This document shows, in pieces, positions 10,820 through 20,783 of a stretch of 32,000 bases of DNA (within the stretch, counting starts at the first letter, position 1; the number at the start of each line of letters is the position of its first letter). The translations under genes and the position numbers were made by a program. The notes beneath the pieces are model-generated. The model did no database searches. It was not told the origin of the DNA and saw nothing but the letters and a program-made list of their open reading frames with translations. Origin of the DNA: Delftia acidovorans NBRC 14950 (GTDB lineage Bacteria > Pseudomonadota > Gammaproteobacteria > Burkholderiales > Burkholderiaceae_C); NCBI RefSeq assembly GCF_001598795.1, contig NZ_BCZP01000001.1, positions 300,001-332,000 of the forward strand, given 5' to 3'.

Positions 10820-11479
10820 ATGCGGCAACAGGGACATCTCACCGGCTGGAAGGACGAGCAGGGCTTCGGCTTCATCGAACCCGATGCAGGCGGCGCGCAG
10901 GTCTTTGTCCATATCAAGTCCTTCACCGATCGCCGCCGCAGGCCCGAGGGCGGAGAGCGCGTCAGCTACGTGCCCAGCCGCAACGCCCAGGGAAAATGGC
11001 GCGCGCAGGATGTGGCCTTCATTGACGAACCAAGGACCGGCCGCCCGCAGCCTGCGCGGCGAAGCCGTGCCGGCATGCCTTCGCGGCCTCAGTCACCTGT
11101 GCGAGGCCCGGTGGCGGTAGGCCTGGCCGCTGCCTTCTTCTGCGTGCTGCTGGCTGTTGCCTGGAGCGGCCGCATGCCCTGGACACTGGTCGGCCTGTAT
11201 GCGGCGGCAAGCTTTGTGACCTTCATGGTCTATGGATTCGACAAGTCCGCCGCCAGGCACGACCGCTGGCGCACCAGCGAAAGCCGTCTGCACCTGCTGG
11301 CACTGCTGTGCGGCTGGCCTGGCGCGCTGCTCGCGCAGGGGCTGCTGCGGCACAAGTCCAGCAAGGCCTCGTTCCAGTTGGTGTTCTGGATCACCGTGGT
11401 GCTCAACTGCGGCCTGCTGGCATGGCTGCTGTCATCGGCAGGTGCGCCGCTGCGGGCGCTGGCGCCCGGCATCTTCTGA
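10820..11479 (+). CDS. Cold-shock-domain / DUF1294 fusion membrane protein
   Basis: The N-terminus (GHLTGWKDEQGFGFIEPDAGGAQVFVHIKSF) is CspA-like. The C-terminal half has about 3 TM helices with the DUF1294-like core YGFDKSAARHDRWRTSE..LH..AL.GGWPGA. Confidence 0.8.
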   Translation: MRQQGHLTGWKDEQGFGFIEPDAGGAQVFVHIKSFTDRRRRPEGGERVSYVPSRNAQGKWRAQDVAFIDEPRTGRPQPARRSRAGMPSRPQSPVRGPVAVGLAAAFFCVLLAVAWSGRMPWTLVGLYAAASFVTFMVYGFDKSAARHDRWRTSESRLHLLALLCGWPGALLAQGLLRHKSSKASFQLVFWITVVLNCGLLAWLLSSAGAPLRALAPGIF

Positions 11480-11497
11480 AAATTGAAGGAACTGGCG

Positions 11498-12160
11498 ATG
11501 ACCCATGCTGGACCACGGGCCCAAATGCCCTCCGCAAACGATGCATCGCTGCAGACTTGGCAGGCGTCTTGGGATAGCGCCTGGTCCGCACTGGGTGCCA
11601 GCATGCCGCAGCCTGTGCTGGCCGAGCTGCTGCAAAGCTACAGCGAGCCTCAGCGCCACTACCACACGCTGCAGCATCTGGGCGAGGCCATGGGCCTGCT
11701 GCAACCGGCGCTGGGCCTGGCCGAGCACCCCGGCGAGGTGGCACTGGCGCTGTGGTTCCATGACGCTGTCTACCAAACGCAAGCCAAGGACAACGAGGCG
11801 CGCAGCGCCGACTGGGCCGCCGCCGTGCTGCGCGGGCAGGGTCTGCCTGCCGATGTGGCCGGGCGCGTGCACGGCCTGATCATGGCGACCTGCCACGCTG
11901 CACAGCCGTCCGGAATCGACGCCCAACTGCTGGTGGATGCCGACCTGGGCATTCTCGCGGCCGACCCTCTGCGGTTTGCCGAGTACGAGGTACAGGTGCG
12001 GGCCGAGTACGAATGGGTGCCCTTGCCGCTGTACCGCGCCAAGCGCCGCGAGGTGCTGCTGGGCTTCATGCAGCGCGAGGCCATCTACTGCACCGACTGG
12101 TTCCGGCAACGGCTGGAGGCGCGGGCGCGGCGCAACCTCGCGCAGGCGCTGGGTTTGTAG
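11498..12160 (+). CDS. HD-superfamily predicted metal-dependent phosphohydrolase (COG4339-like)
   Basis: Has RHYHTLQH, LALWFHDAVY and DADLGILA motifs. The start is uncertain (TTG 11483, ATG 11498 or ATG 11525). It begins 4-19 nt after the preceding gene. Confidence 0.7.
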   Translation: MTHAGPRAQMPSANDASLQTWQASWDSAWSALGASMPQPVLAELLQSYSEPQRHYHTLQHLGEAMGLLQPALGLAEHPGEVALALWFHDAVYQTQAKDNEARSADWAAAVLRGQGLPADVAGRVHGLIMATCHAAQPSGIDAQLLVDADLGILAADPLRFAEYEVQVRAEYEWVPLPLYRAKRREVLLGFMQREAIYCTDWFRQRLEARARRNLAQALGL

Positions 12161-12270
12161 GCGGCGCCTGCGTCAGCGTCCTATGATCGGGGGCTGCTGC
12201 GGGCCGTGCAGGCCTGCCTCCCTCTCTTTCTTATCTTGCCCAGGCTCCGCCTGGCTCACCGGACGCGCAG

Positions 12271-13488
12271 ATGACCACCCTTGGAACCCCTTACTCCCCC
12301 CATGCCACCAAAGTCATGCTGCTGGGCAGCGGCGAACTCGGCAAGGAAGTGCTGATCGCGCTGCAGCGCCTGGGCGTGGAAACCATTGCCGTGGACCGCT
12401 ACGAGAACGCGCCCGGCCAGCAGGTGGCCCACCACGCGCGCACCATCACCATGAGCGATCCGGCCCAGCTCAAGGCCTTGATCGAGGCCGAGAAGCCCGA
12501 CCTGGTCGTGCCCGAGATCGAGGCCATTGCCACGCCGATGTTGGAAGAGCTGGAAGCAGCCGGCGTGGTCACTGTGATCCCCACGGCCCGCGCCGCGCGC
12601 CTGACCATGGACCGCGAAGGCATTCGCCGCCTGGCCGCCGAGACGCTGGGCCTGGCCACCAGCCCTTATCGCTTCTGTGATTCGCAGCAGGAGCTGCAGG
12701 CCGCCATCGACGGCACGGATGGCCAGCCCGCCATCGGCTTCCCTTGCGTGGTCAAGCCCGTGATGAGCAGCTCGGGCAAGGGCCAGAGCAAGCTGGACGG
12801 CCCGGACGACGTGGCCAAGGCCTGGGACTACGCCATGGCCGGCGGCCGCGTGAGCCATGGCCGTGTGATCGTCGAAGGCTTCATCGACTTCGACTACGAA
12901 ATCACCCAGCTCACGGTGCGCGCCAAGGGCGCAGACGGCCAGGTGCAGACGCATTTCTGCGATCCTATCGGCCACATCCAGCAGTCCGGTGACTATGTGG
13001 AAAGCTGGCAGCCCCATCCCATGCACCCGGCGGCGCTGCAGAAGTCGCGCGACATCGCCAAGGCGGTGACCGATGATCTGGGCGGCCTGGGCCTGTTTGG
13101 CGTGGAGCTGTTCGTCAAGGGCGAGCAGGTCTGGTTCAGCGAAGTCTCGCCGCGCCCGCACGACACGGGGCTGGTCACGCTGGCCACGCAGTGGCAAAGC
13201 GAGTTCGAGCTGCATGCGCGCGCCATTCTGGGCCTGCCCGTGGATGCCTCGCTGCGCAACCCCGGAGCCAGCGCCGTGATCTATGGCGGGCAGGATGCCG
13301 AAGGCCTGGTGTTCGACGGCGTGGACGAGGCCCTGGCCGTGCCGGGCACGGACCTGCGCCTGTTCGGCAAGCCAGAGAGCTTCGTCAAGCGCCGCATGGG
13401 CGTGGCCCTGGCGCGCGCCCAGGACGTGGAGCAGGCGCGAACCAACGCCAAGCTGGCCGCCAGCAAGGTCCGGCCGCGCAAGCCCTGA
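12271..13488 (+). CDS. purT: Formate-dependent phosphoribosylglycinamide formyltransferase
   Basis: [13 protein letters not shown], an ATP-grasp core, and GVELFV...[14 protein letters not shown]. Length is 405 aa and the protein is collinear with PurT. Confidence 0.93.
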   Translation: MTTLGTPYSPHATKVMLLGSGELGKEVLIALQRLGVETIAVDRYENAPGQQVAHHARTITMSDPAQLKALIEAEKPDLVVPEIEAIATPMLEELEAAGVVTVIPTARAARLTMDREGIRRLAAETLGLATSPYRFCDSQQELQAAIDGTDGQPAIGFPCVVKPVMSSSGKGQSKLDGPDDVAKAWDYAMAGGRVSHGRVIVEGFIDFDYEITQLTVRAKGADGQVQTHFCDPIGHIQQSGDYVESWQPHPMHPAALQKSRDIAKAVTDDLGGLGLFGVELFVKGEQVWFSEVSPRPHDTGLVTLATQWQSEFELHARAILGLPVDASLRNPGASAVIYGGQDAEGLVFDGVDEALAVPGTDLRLFGKPESFVKRRMGVALARAQDVEQARTNAKLAASKVRPRKP

Positions 13489-13507
13489 GGCGCGCTGCTC
13501 AATGGCG

Positions 13508-13542
13508 AAGCCGCCGTCCCTTTGCCGGGCGGCGGCTTTTTT
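13508..13542. terminator. Intrinsic terminator between convergent purT and the MscS-like gene
   Basis: AAGCCGCCGTCCC-tttg-CCGGGCGGCGGCTT followed by TTTTTT. The T-tract is on the plus side only, with just AA on the other side. Confidence 0.75.
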
Positions 13543-13557
13543 CATGCGGTGCCGGCC

Positions 13558-14238
13558 TTAGTTGGTCGTGTGCATGGGAGGCTGCGAGGGCTGGGCATCA
13601 TGCGGCGTGGTCAGCCGGATGGCGCGCTCCTCCTCGCCATGGGTGGCATGCTCGCCATCCGCGCCCAGGCCCCCCTTCCAGCGCCGGACCACGCGCTGGA
13701 AGATCAGCGAGTTGGGGATCTGCAGCAGATTGGGTGAGCCATCGGGCGCATGGGCGTCCTGCAAGGTGGTGTAGAGCATGTTGATGTCGATCACGCGGCC
13801 CTTGGCGCCGGGCTTTTCAGCCGTGTCCAGCACCTCGATGTAGTCACCCAGGCGAAAGGGCCCGACGATGACGATGAGCAGGGCGCAGAACAGGTTGGAC
13901 AGTACGCTCCAGGCCGCGAAGAAGGCCACGGCGCCCACGGTGGCAAAGCCGGTGAAGGCCGTCCACAGCACGGTGGCCGAGACGCCCAGGCGCTCCAGTA
14001 CCAGCGGCACGGTGGCGGCGATGAGAATCCAGCGGAACACGCCGCGCAGCGGCACCAGCAGCTCCGGCGGCAGGCCGTAGTGCCGGCCTGCGCGTGCGAT
14101 CAGCCGGCGAACCAGGCGATTGAGCAGCCAGGCCGCACCGATGATCAGCAGGATCTGGGCACCGGGGATGATGAACTCCAGCCAATCCTGCATCCAGGCG
14201 GGCAGGTGCGCTTGAAAACGACGCATAACTTCAAACAT
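13558..14238 (-). CDS. Small MscS-family mechanosensitive channel protein
   Basis: Three TM helices followed by the MscS pore-helix/beta-domain signature (FAAWSVLSNLFCALLIVIVGPFRLGDYIEV...GRVIDINMLYTTL). At 226 aa it is shorter than E. coli MscS. Confidence 0.8.
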   Translation of the reverse strand: MFEVMRRFQAHLPAWMQDWLEFIIPGAQILLIIGAAWLLNRLVRRLIARAGRHYGLPPELLVPLRGVFRWILIAATVPLVLERLGVSATVLWTAFTGFATVGAVAFFAAWSVLSNLFCALLIVIVGPFRLGDYIEVLDTAEKPGAKGRVIDINMLYTTLQDAHAPDGSPNLLQIPNSLIFQRVVRRWKGGLGADGEHATHGEEERAIRLTTPHDAQPSQPPMHTTN

Positions 14239-14334
14239 TCAGGAAACAGCAATCCGCATTCAGGACCCGGATGCGCGGCTTGCGCGCGCCCGGCATTGAG
14301 CTGCGATCGTAAGCGCAGGCGCAAGGCCCGGCAG

Positions 14335-15417
14335 TCAGGTGCGGCGCTGCTCCACCGTGTCCATCTGCATCTCGAAGCTGAAGAAGCGGTCGCGTCCCTG
14401 CGCCTTGGCCGCGTACAGTGCCTGGTCGGCGCGCATGAGCATGGCTTCGGCGCTGGTGTATTCGTCGGGAATGCAGGTGGTGATGCCGCCCGACAGCGTG
14501 AGGCCCGATTCATGGGGCGAATCGGGGTGGCGTATGCGCAGCACGCGCAGCATCTGGCCCACGGCGCGCGCAAACGTCATGGCGCCCGAGCGCGGCGTGC
14601 GCGGCAGGATGAGCGCGAATTCCTCGCCGCCATAGCGCGCCGCCACATCGCGCGGGCGTACGCAGACCTCGCGCAGCAGGCGGCCGATCTGTTTCAGGCA
14701 TTCATCGCCATGCACGTGGCCATAGGTGTCGTTGTAGCGCTTGAAATGGTCCAGGTCGCAGAGCATCAGCGTCAGCGGCTGGCCTTCGCGCCGGGCCGAG
14801 GCGATCTCGGCATGCAGAATGCGGTCGAAGCCTCGGCGGTTGACCAGGCCCGTGAGCTGGTCGAGCTCGACCATTTCATTGAGCTTCTGGTTGGCCTCGT
14901 GCAGCTCGGCCGACAGCGATACCAGGCGCCGGCGCATGTCCAGCAGGCGGCGCATGGCGCGCAGCTTGGCCACGAGCACGATGGGCTTGACGGGCTTGAC
15001 CAGGTAGTCGTCGCCTCCAGCCTCGATGCCGCGCCACACATCCAGGTCATTGTCCAGGCCGGACAGGAAGATGACGGGCGTCCACTCGCCGGGCTCCGCC
15101 TCGCGCAGCTGGCGGGCCACCCAGTAGCCATCCTCGCCGGGCAGGCGGATGTCCAGCAGCACCAGGTCGGGGCGCTGCTCGCGGAACAGCACCAGGGCGC
15201 TGGGGCCATCGGCGGCCTCCAGCACGCGGGTCACGCCCGCGTGCAGCAGTTCGCTGACCAGGCTGGTGCGCACCGAGGCCTGGTCTTCCACAACCAGCAC
15301 GCAAAAGGGCGCGGACTCGTCCGTTGGCTTGGCGAAGCGTGCTCCGCTGGGCTCGATGGCGGGGGAGTCGGCGCTGTCGGTGGGCAGGGGAGGTGGAACG
15401 GGGGGCATGGCCTTCAT
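14335..15417 (-). CDS. Response regulator with GGDEF output (REC-GGDEF diguanylate cyclase)
   Basis: REC domain (VLVVEDQ..., DLVLLDIRLPGEDG, KP). The GGDEF domain has an active-site GGEEF (nt 14617-14631) and an I-site RPRD five residues upstream. No histidine kinase gene lies in the window. Confidence 0.9.
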   Translation of the reverse strand: MKAMPPVPPPLPTDSADSPAIEPSGARFAKPTDESAPFCVLVVEDQASVRTSLVSELLHAGVTRVLEAADGPSALVLFREQRPDLVLLDIRLPGEDGYWVARQLREAEPGEWTPVIFLSGLDNDLDVWRGIEAGGDDYLVKPVKPIVLVAKLRAMRRLLDMRRRLVSLSAELHEANQKLNEMVELDQLTGLVNRRGFDRILHAEIASARREGQPLTLMLCDLDHFKRYNDTYGHVHGDECLKQIGRLLREVCVRPRDVAARYGGEEFALILPRTPRSGAMTFARAVGQMLRVLRIRHPDSPHESGLTLSGGITTCIPDEYTSAEAMLMRADQALYAAKAQGRDRFFSFEMQMDTVEQRRT

Positions 15418-15527
15418 GGTTGCGAAACCAGGAATGGATCAAGGGGCCGCGCAGTGCGCGGCGTGGGGATGGCGCCAGTGTAAGTCGGGTGTCGCGTCCG
15501 TGTGCGATTGTGTGCACGGGGCTTTTG

Positions 15528-16544
15528 CTAGGCCAGCGGCAGATCCGTGCGGGCGCGGCTGGCCTCGTCATGCCACTGCACAAAGGCGTCGGCAGCCGGG
15601 CAGATGCGCGGGTTGCCCAGTTGCTGCAGCAGCCTGCAGGCCGCAAAGCCCTGGGCTTTGCTGTCATAGGCAAGTGCCCACTGGCGGCGCTCCTCCTGCC
15701 GGTCTTCGGGAACGGGCCAGCTGCGCAGCGAGGTGGATAGGCCGGTCAGGCCCATGCGCCAGGGCTTGCCGGAGACACGTGCGCGAAAGCATTGCTGGCG
15801 CTCGCACAGCAGGGCATAGAGCGGGTCCACCTGCAGGGCGTCGAACAGCCGCCCGACGGCCGGATCGTCCGATGCGAAATCGGCATGCGTGACGATGACG
15901 CGCAGGCCCTTGGGTGTTTCGTAGACGCGCAGGCCCCAGTCGGGGTGGCTTTGTTGGAAGGTCTGCACGCGCTCCATGGCGCGCGTGGCCGGCGAGTCCG
16001 TGGCCGCACGCTGGCGCGCCTGGCGTGCTTCCCACCAGCGCTGCACGCGCCGCATGGCCAGGAACAGCAGCAGCACGACCAGTGCCGTGGCCACCATCCG
16101 CGAATTGTTCTTGTGCGGTGCCAGCCGGGCCAGCCAGATGGCGACCGAAGCCAACAACAGCAGGGTCACGACGGGAAAGCGCACGGCGCTCGGCGGCTCG
16201 GGCAGGTCGATATCGGCGATGGCCACGCGCTCGGTGTTCAGACAGTGGGCGCCGTAGCTGTTGCGCGTCATCACCGTGCCGTCGCGGCGCTGCAGGACTT
16301 CTTCGCGGATGGGGGTGGTGAAGCCGTCGAGCGCGTACTCGTTCTTCCATTCCATGCGGGGCTCGCCCTTTGGAAGCGCCGCATTGCGGGCGGCTTCCAG
16401 GGCCTTGGCGGCACGCTCCTGGGCGTGGGCCTGGGCGGCTTCCTGGCTGGTGTCGGACCATCCCCAGCGCTGGACGGTGATGCCGTGGGTGGGGCGGCTT
16501 TCATGCCGCAGGCGCGCCTGCGCCCAGTAGGTGGGGATGTGCAT
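15528..16544 (-). CDS. Hypothetical membrane protein with two central TM helices; family not recognised
   Basis: 338-aa ORF with strong GC3 bias from the first codon. Two hydrophobic helices (VRFPVVTLLLLASVAIWLARL and MVATALVVLLLFLAM) separate two soluble domains. No motif is known to me. Confidence 0.7.
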   Translation of the reverse strand: MHIPTYWAQARLRHESRPTHGITVQRWGWSDTSQEAAQAHAQERAAKALEAARNAALPKGEPRMEWKNEYALDGFTTPIREEVLQRRDGTVMTRNSYGAHCLNTERVAIADIDLPEPPSAVRFPVVTLLLLASVAIWLARLAPHKNNSRMVATALVVLLLFLAMRRVQRWWEARQARQRAATDSPATRAMERVQTFQQSHPDWGLRVYETPKGLRVIVTHADFASDDPAVGRLFDALQVDPLYALLCERQQCFRARVSGKPWRMGLTGLSTSLRSWPVPEDRQEERRQWALAYDSKAQGFAACRLLQQLGNPRICPAADAFVQWHDEASRARTDLPLA

Positions 16545-16561
16545 GGCGAGCCAGTATAGGG

Positions 16562-16597
16562 AAAAGCCGCCTGGCTCCCAAGGGAACGCAGGCGGCT
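16562..16597 (-). terminator. Intrinsic terminator after lysS
   Basis: The minus strand reads AGCCGCCTG-cgttcccttgggagc-CAGGCGGCT followed by TTTTC, about 40 nt after the lysS stop. Confidence 0.75.
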
Positions 16598-16636
16598 TCA
16601 GTTGGCAACGCGCGCAGGCGCTGGATGCCGTGGTTT

Positions 16637-18196
<1,560 letters not shown>

Positions 18197-18441
18197 GACA
18201 ATGAGCGCCAGCGCAAAACGCCGAGGGGCCGGAAAAAAGCCGGGGGAAAAAAGCGGGAAAAGCCGAAAAAAGCCAGGCGCAAAGGGCTGGAGGGTGCAGA
18301 GGCGGCAGCAAATGCCACCGGCAAGCCCCGCAGCTGGCGGGCTGAATCCGCGATTTTAAGTTTTTTGGCGCGCTTTCGGTGCGCGGTGCTGCCAATGTGC
18401 CGGACGCCGCTGCGGTATGACGCCGCTGTCCCGCCAATTCG

Positions 18442-19116
18442 TCAGTGCCCGGCGGAAGGGGAGCCGGGTGCGGGGCCCTGGGCATGGCCTATGCCGCTGC
18501 GCTCCAGCACATCGGCCACGAGCTCCAGCCGCACCAGCGGGCTGTCCAGCGCCATCAGTTGCTGTTTGATGGAGACCGGCATGGGCAGCAGCTCGGTCCA
18601 GCGGTTGGCCACCCAGCCGCAGTCGCCCATCTGTTCGGCGCTGGGCAGTCGGGCATGGTCGGCGTCTGTGGAGCGCGCGTGCAGCTGCATCAGCACCTGG
18701 GCCAGGGCCTGGGCGGTGGCGAGCAGGTGGCTGGGGATGGGTACGGCGGCATCGGCAGGCAGCATCTGCACATCGGCCACCCACAGGCCGTGGGGCAGCT
18801 GGCGATGCTCCTGCATGCGAAAGCGCTGCGTGCCTTCGCACTGCAGGTGCAGCAGGCCGGGCTGGGGCTGCTGCAACTGGACGATGCGGGCCAGCGTGCC
18901 CACGGCGTGCAATTGCTCGGCGGCCGCGCCGGCCTTGCGCACTTCGCTGCCGGCCTGCAGCGCCACCACGCCGAAGGGAGCGCCCGTGCGCTCGCACTTG
19001 CGGATCATGTCCAGGTAGCGGACTTCAAAGACGCGAAGGCTCAGCAGGCCTTGGGGAAAGAGGACGCTGCCCAGGGGGAACAGCGGCAGGGAGTGCAGTG
19101 CGGTAGGGGCGGTCAT
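18442..19116 (-). CDS. LON-N (substrate-binding) domain protein without ATPase or protease modules
   Basis: LPLFPLGSVLFPQGLLSLRVFEVRYLDMI... is the typical Lon N-terminal domain start. Length is 224 aa. Confidence 0.8.
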   Translation of the reverse strand: MTAPTALHSLPLFPLGSVLFPQGLLSLRVFEVRYLDMIRKCERTGAPFGVVALQAGSEVRKAGAAAEQLHAVGTLARIVQLQQPQPGLLHLQCEGTQRFRMQEHRQLPHGLWVADVQMLPADAAVPIPSHLLATAQALAQVLMQLHARSTDADHARLPSAEQMGDCGWVANRWTELLPMPVSIKQQLMALDSPLVRLELVADVLERSGIGHAQGPAPGSPSAGH

Positions 19117-19206
19117 GTGATGGGCGGGATGCGGCAGCTATCATCCCATGCTGTGCCAAGGCCGGATGGCCATGGTCCGATCTTCCTCCCGCAGTCCTAC
19201 AACGCC

Positions 19207-19764
19207 ATGCTTTTTCAGATCGTTTCCTTTTTGCTCGACGTGGTCGTTGGCCTGTTGACCGGCGTCTGCCTGTTGCGCATGTACATGCAGGCCCAGCGCG
19301 TGCCCTTCGGCAACCCCGTGGGGCAGCTGGTGTTTGCGCTGTCCGACTGGATCGTGATGCCGCTGCGCCGCATCATCAAGCCGGCCGGGCGCTGGGATAT
19401 GTCCAGCCTGATCGCCGCCTTCCTGCTGCAGATGCTGCAGTTCGTGCTGCTGTGGCTGTTGATGGGTGGGCAGTCCACCGTGGTTGCCCTGCCCTGGCTG
19501 GCGCTGTGCGGCCTGGCGCGCGTGGCGCTGTCGGGCATGGTGGGCGTGCTGCTGATCTATGCCATCTTGTCGTGGGTGCAGCCGCAGTCGCCGATGTATG
19601 GCGTGCTGCAGCGCCTGTCCGAGCCCATGCTGCGGCCCATCCGCCGTGTTGTTCCGCTGATCGGCGGTATCGATCTGTCGGCACTGGTGGCTCTGGTGCT
19701 GCTGCAGATCGCGCTGATGGTGCTGGGGTATATCCAGGGGTCGGGCCTGATGCTGCTGGCCTGA
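19207..19764 (+). CDS. yggT: YggT-family integral membrane protein
   Basis: MLFQIVSFLLDVVVGLL... with two YggT repeats (DWIVMPLRRIIKP and LSEPMLRPIRRVVPLIGGIDLS). The upstream part of the track ORF (18445-19206) is antisense to the LON-N gene. Confidence 0.88.
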   Translation: MLFQIVSFLLDVVVGLLTGVCLLRMYMQAQRVPFGNPVGQLVFALSDWIVMPLRRIIKPAGRWDMSSLIAAFLLQMLQFVLLWLLMGGQSTVVALPWLALCGLARVALSGMVGVLLIYAILSWVQPQSPMYGVLQRLSEPMLRPIRRVVPLIGGIDLSALVALVLLQIALMVLGYIQGSGLMLLA

Positions 19765-19786
19765 TTTCCCTGGTTTCGTGGACGTG

Positions 19787-19826
19787 AAAAAGCCGCCGCA
19801 GGCATCAACCTGCGGCGGCTTTTTTT
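19787..19826. terminator. Bidirectional intrinsic terminator between yggT and accD
   Basis: AAAAA-GCCGCCGCAGG-catcaa-CCTGCGGCGGC-TTTTTTT. The stem is a perfect 12 bp with A/T tracts on both sides. Confidence 0.9.
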
Positions 19827-19842
19827 GTGTCTGCGCGAGGCT

Positions 19843-20718
19843 TTACTGGACCGCGTCGGCCGGCAGGCGCTGCAGCATGGCAAGCGATGCGGCGATGCGG
19901 TCGCGCAGCTCGCGGCGGTCCACGATCATGTCCACGGCGCCCTTGTCCTGTAGGAACTCGGCGCGCTGGAAGCCTTCGGGCAGCTTCACGCGCACGGTGG
20001 TTTCGATCACGCGCGGGCCGGCGAAGCCGACCAGGGTCTTGGGCTCGGCAATGACGATATCGCCGACGAAGGCGAAGCTGGCGGAGACGCCACCGAAGGT
20101 GGGATCGGTCAGCACCGAGACGTAGGGCAGGCCCTTCTTGGCCAGGCGCGTGAGCGCTGCATTGGCCTTGGCCATCTGCATCAGGCTCAACAGGCCTTCC
20201 TGCATGCGCGCACCGCCCGTGGCGGTGAAGCAGATGAAGGGGACCTTCTGCTCGATGGCGGTCTCGACACCGCGCACGAAGCGCTCGCCGACCACGGAGC
20301 CCATGGAGCCGCCCATGAACTCGAACTCGAAGCAGGCTGCGACCACGTTGACGCTCTTGATGGCGCCGCCCATGACGACCAGAGCATCGGTCTCGCCGGT
20401 GTTCTCCAGCGCTTCCTTGAGGCGCTCGGGGTACTTGCGGCTGTCCTTGAACTTCAGGGCGTCGACGGGGATGACTTCCTGGCCGATTTCATAGCGGCCC
20501 TCGGCATCCAGGAAATGGTTCAGGCGGGCGCGCGCGCCGATGCGGTGATGGTGGCTGCAGCTGGGGCAGACGTTCTGGTTTTTCTCCAGATCGGCCTTGT
20601 AGAGCACGGTCTCGCAGCTCGGGCACTTGATCCACAGACCCTCGGGGATCTGCTGGTGGCGATCCGTGGGGTTGGTTTGCTGGATTTTGGCAGGCAGGAG
20701 TTTTTCAAGCCAGGACAT
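19843..20718 (-). CDS. accD: Acetyl-CoA carboxylase carboxyltransferase beta subunit
   Basis: Zn-finger [26 protein letters not shown] followed by the carboxyltransferase core ([18 protein letters not shown]). Confidence 0.96.
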   Translation of the reverse strand: MSWLEKLLPAKIQQTNPTDRHQQIPEGLWIKCPSCETVLYKADLEKNQNVCPSCSHHHRIGARARLNHFLDAEGRYEIGQEVIPVDALKFKDSRKYPERLKEALENTGETDALVVMGGAIKSVNVVAACFEFEFMGGSMGSVVGERFVRGVETAIEQKVPFICFTATGGARMQEGLLSLMQMAKANAALTRLAKKGLPYVSVLTDPTFGGVSASFAFVGDIVIAEPKTLVGFAGPRVIETTVRVKLPEGFQRAEFLQDKGAVDMIVDRRELRDRIAASLAMLQRLPADAVQ

Positions 20719-20783
20719 GGTGTTTCCTTTTCAGGCGCAGGGCATGCGGCACCGGGCCGCATGCAAGGGCTGCATTATGCGAC

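Noticed and set aside
12161-12270. Possible ZTP (pfl-motif) riboswitch upstream of purT. The trigger was CCGCCTGG in the hairpin CCAGGC-tcc-GCCTGG about 20 nt before the ATG.
   Set aside because: Only the short 3' element resembles the consensus CCGCCTGGGC. I could not find the 5' sub-domain (GGGTCGTGACTGGCG ... ACCGGGGAGCGACCC) or a P1/P2 architecture. A covariance-model search (Rfam pfl) would settle it.
18361-18390. GC-rich stem GGCGCGC-tttcggt-GCGCGG preceded by TTTTTT, considered as a terminator for the LON-N gene.
   Set aside because: On the minus strand, which is the strand of the LON-N gene, the stem is followed by an A-tract and not a T-tract. The stem is also imperfect.
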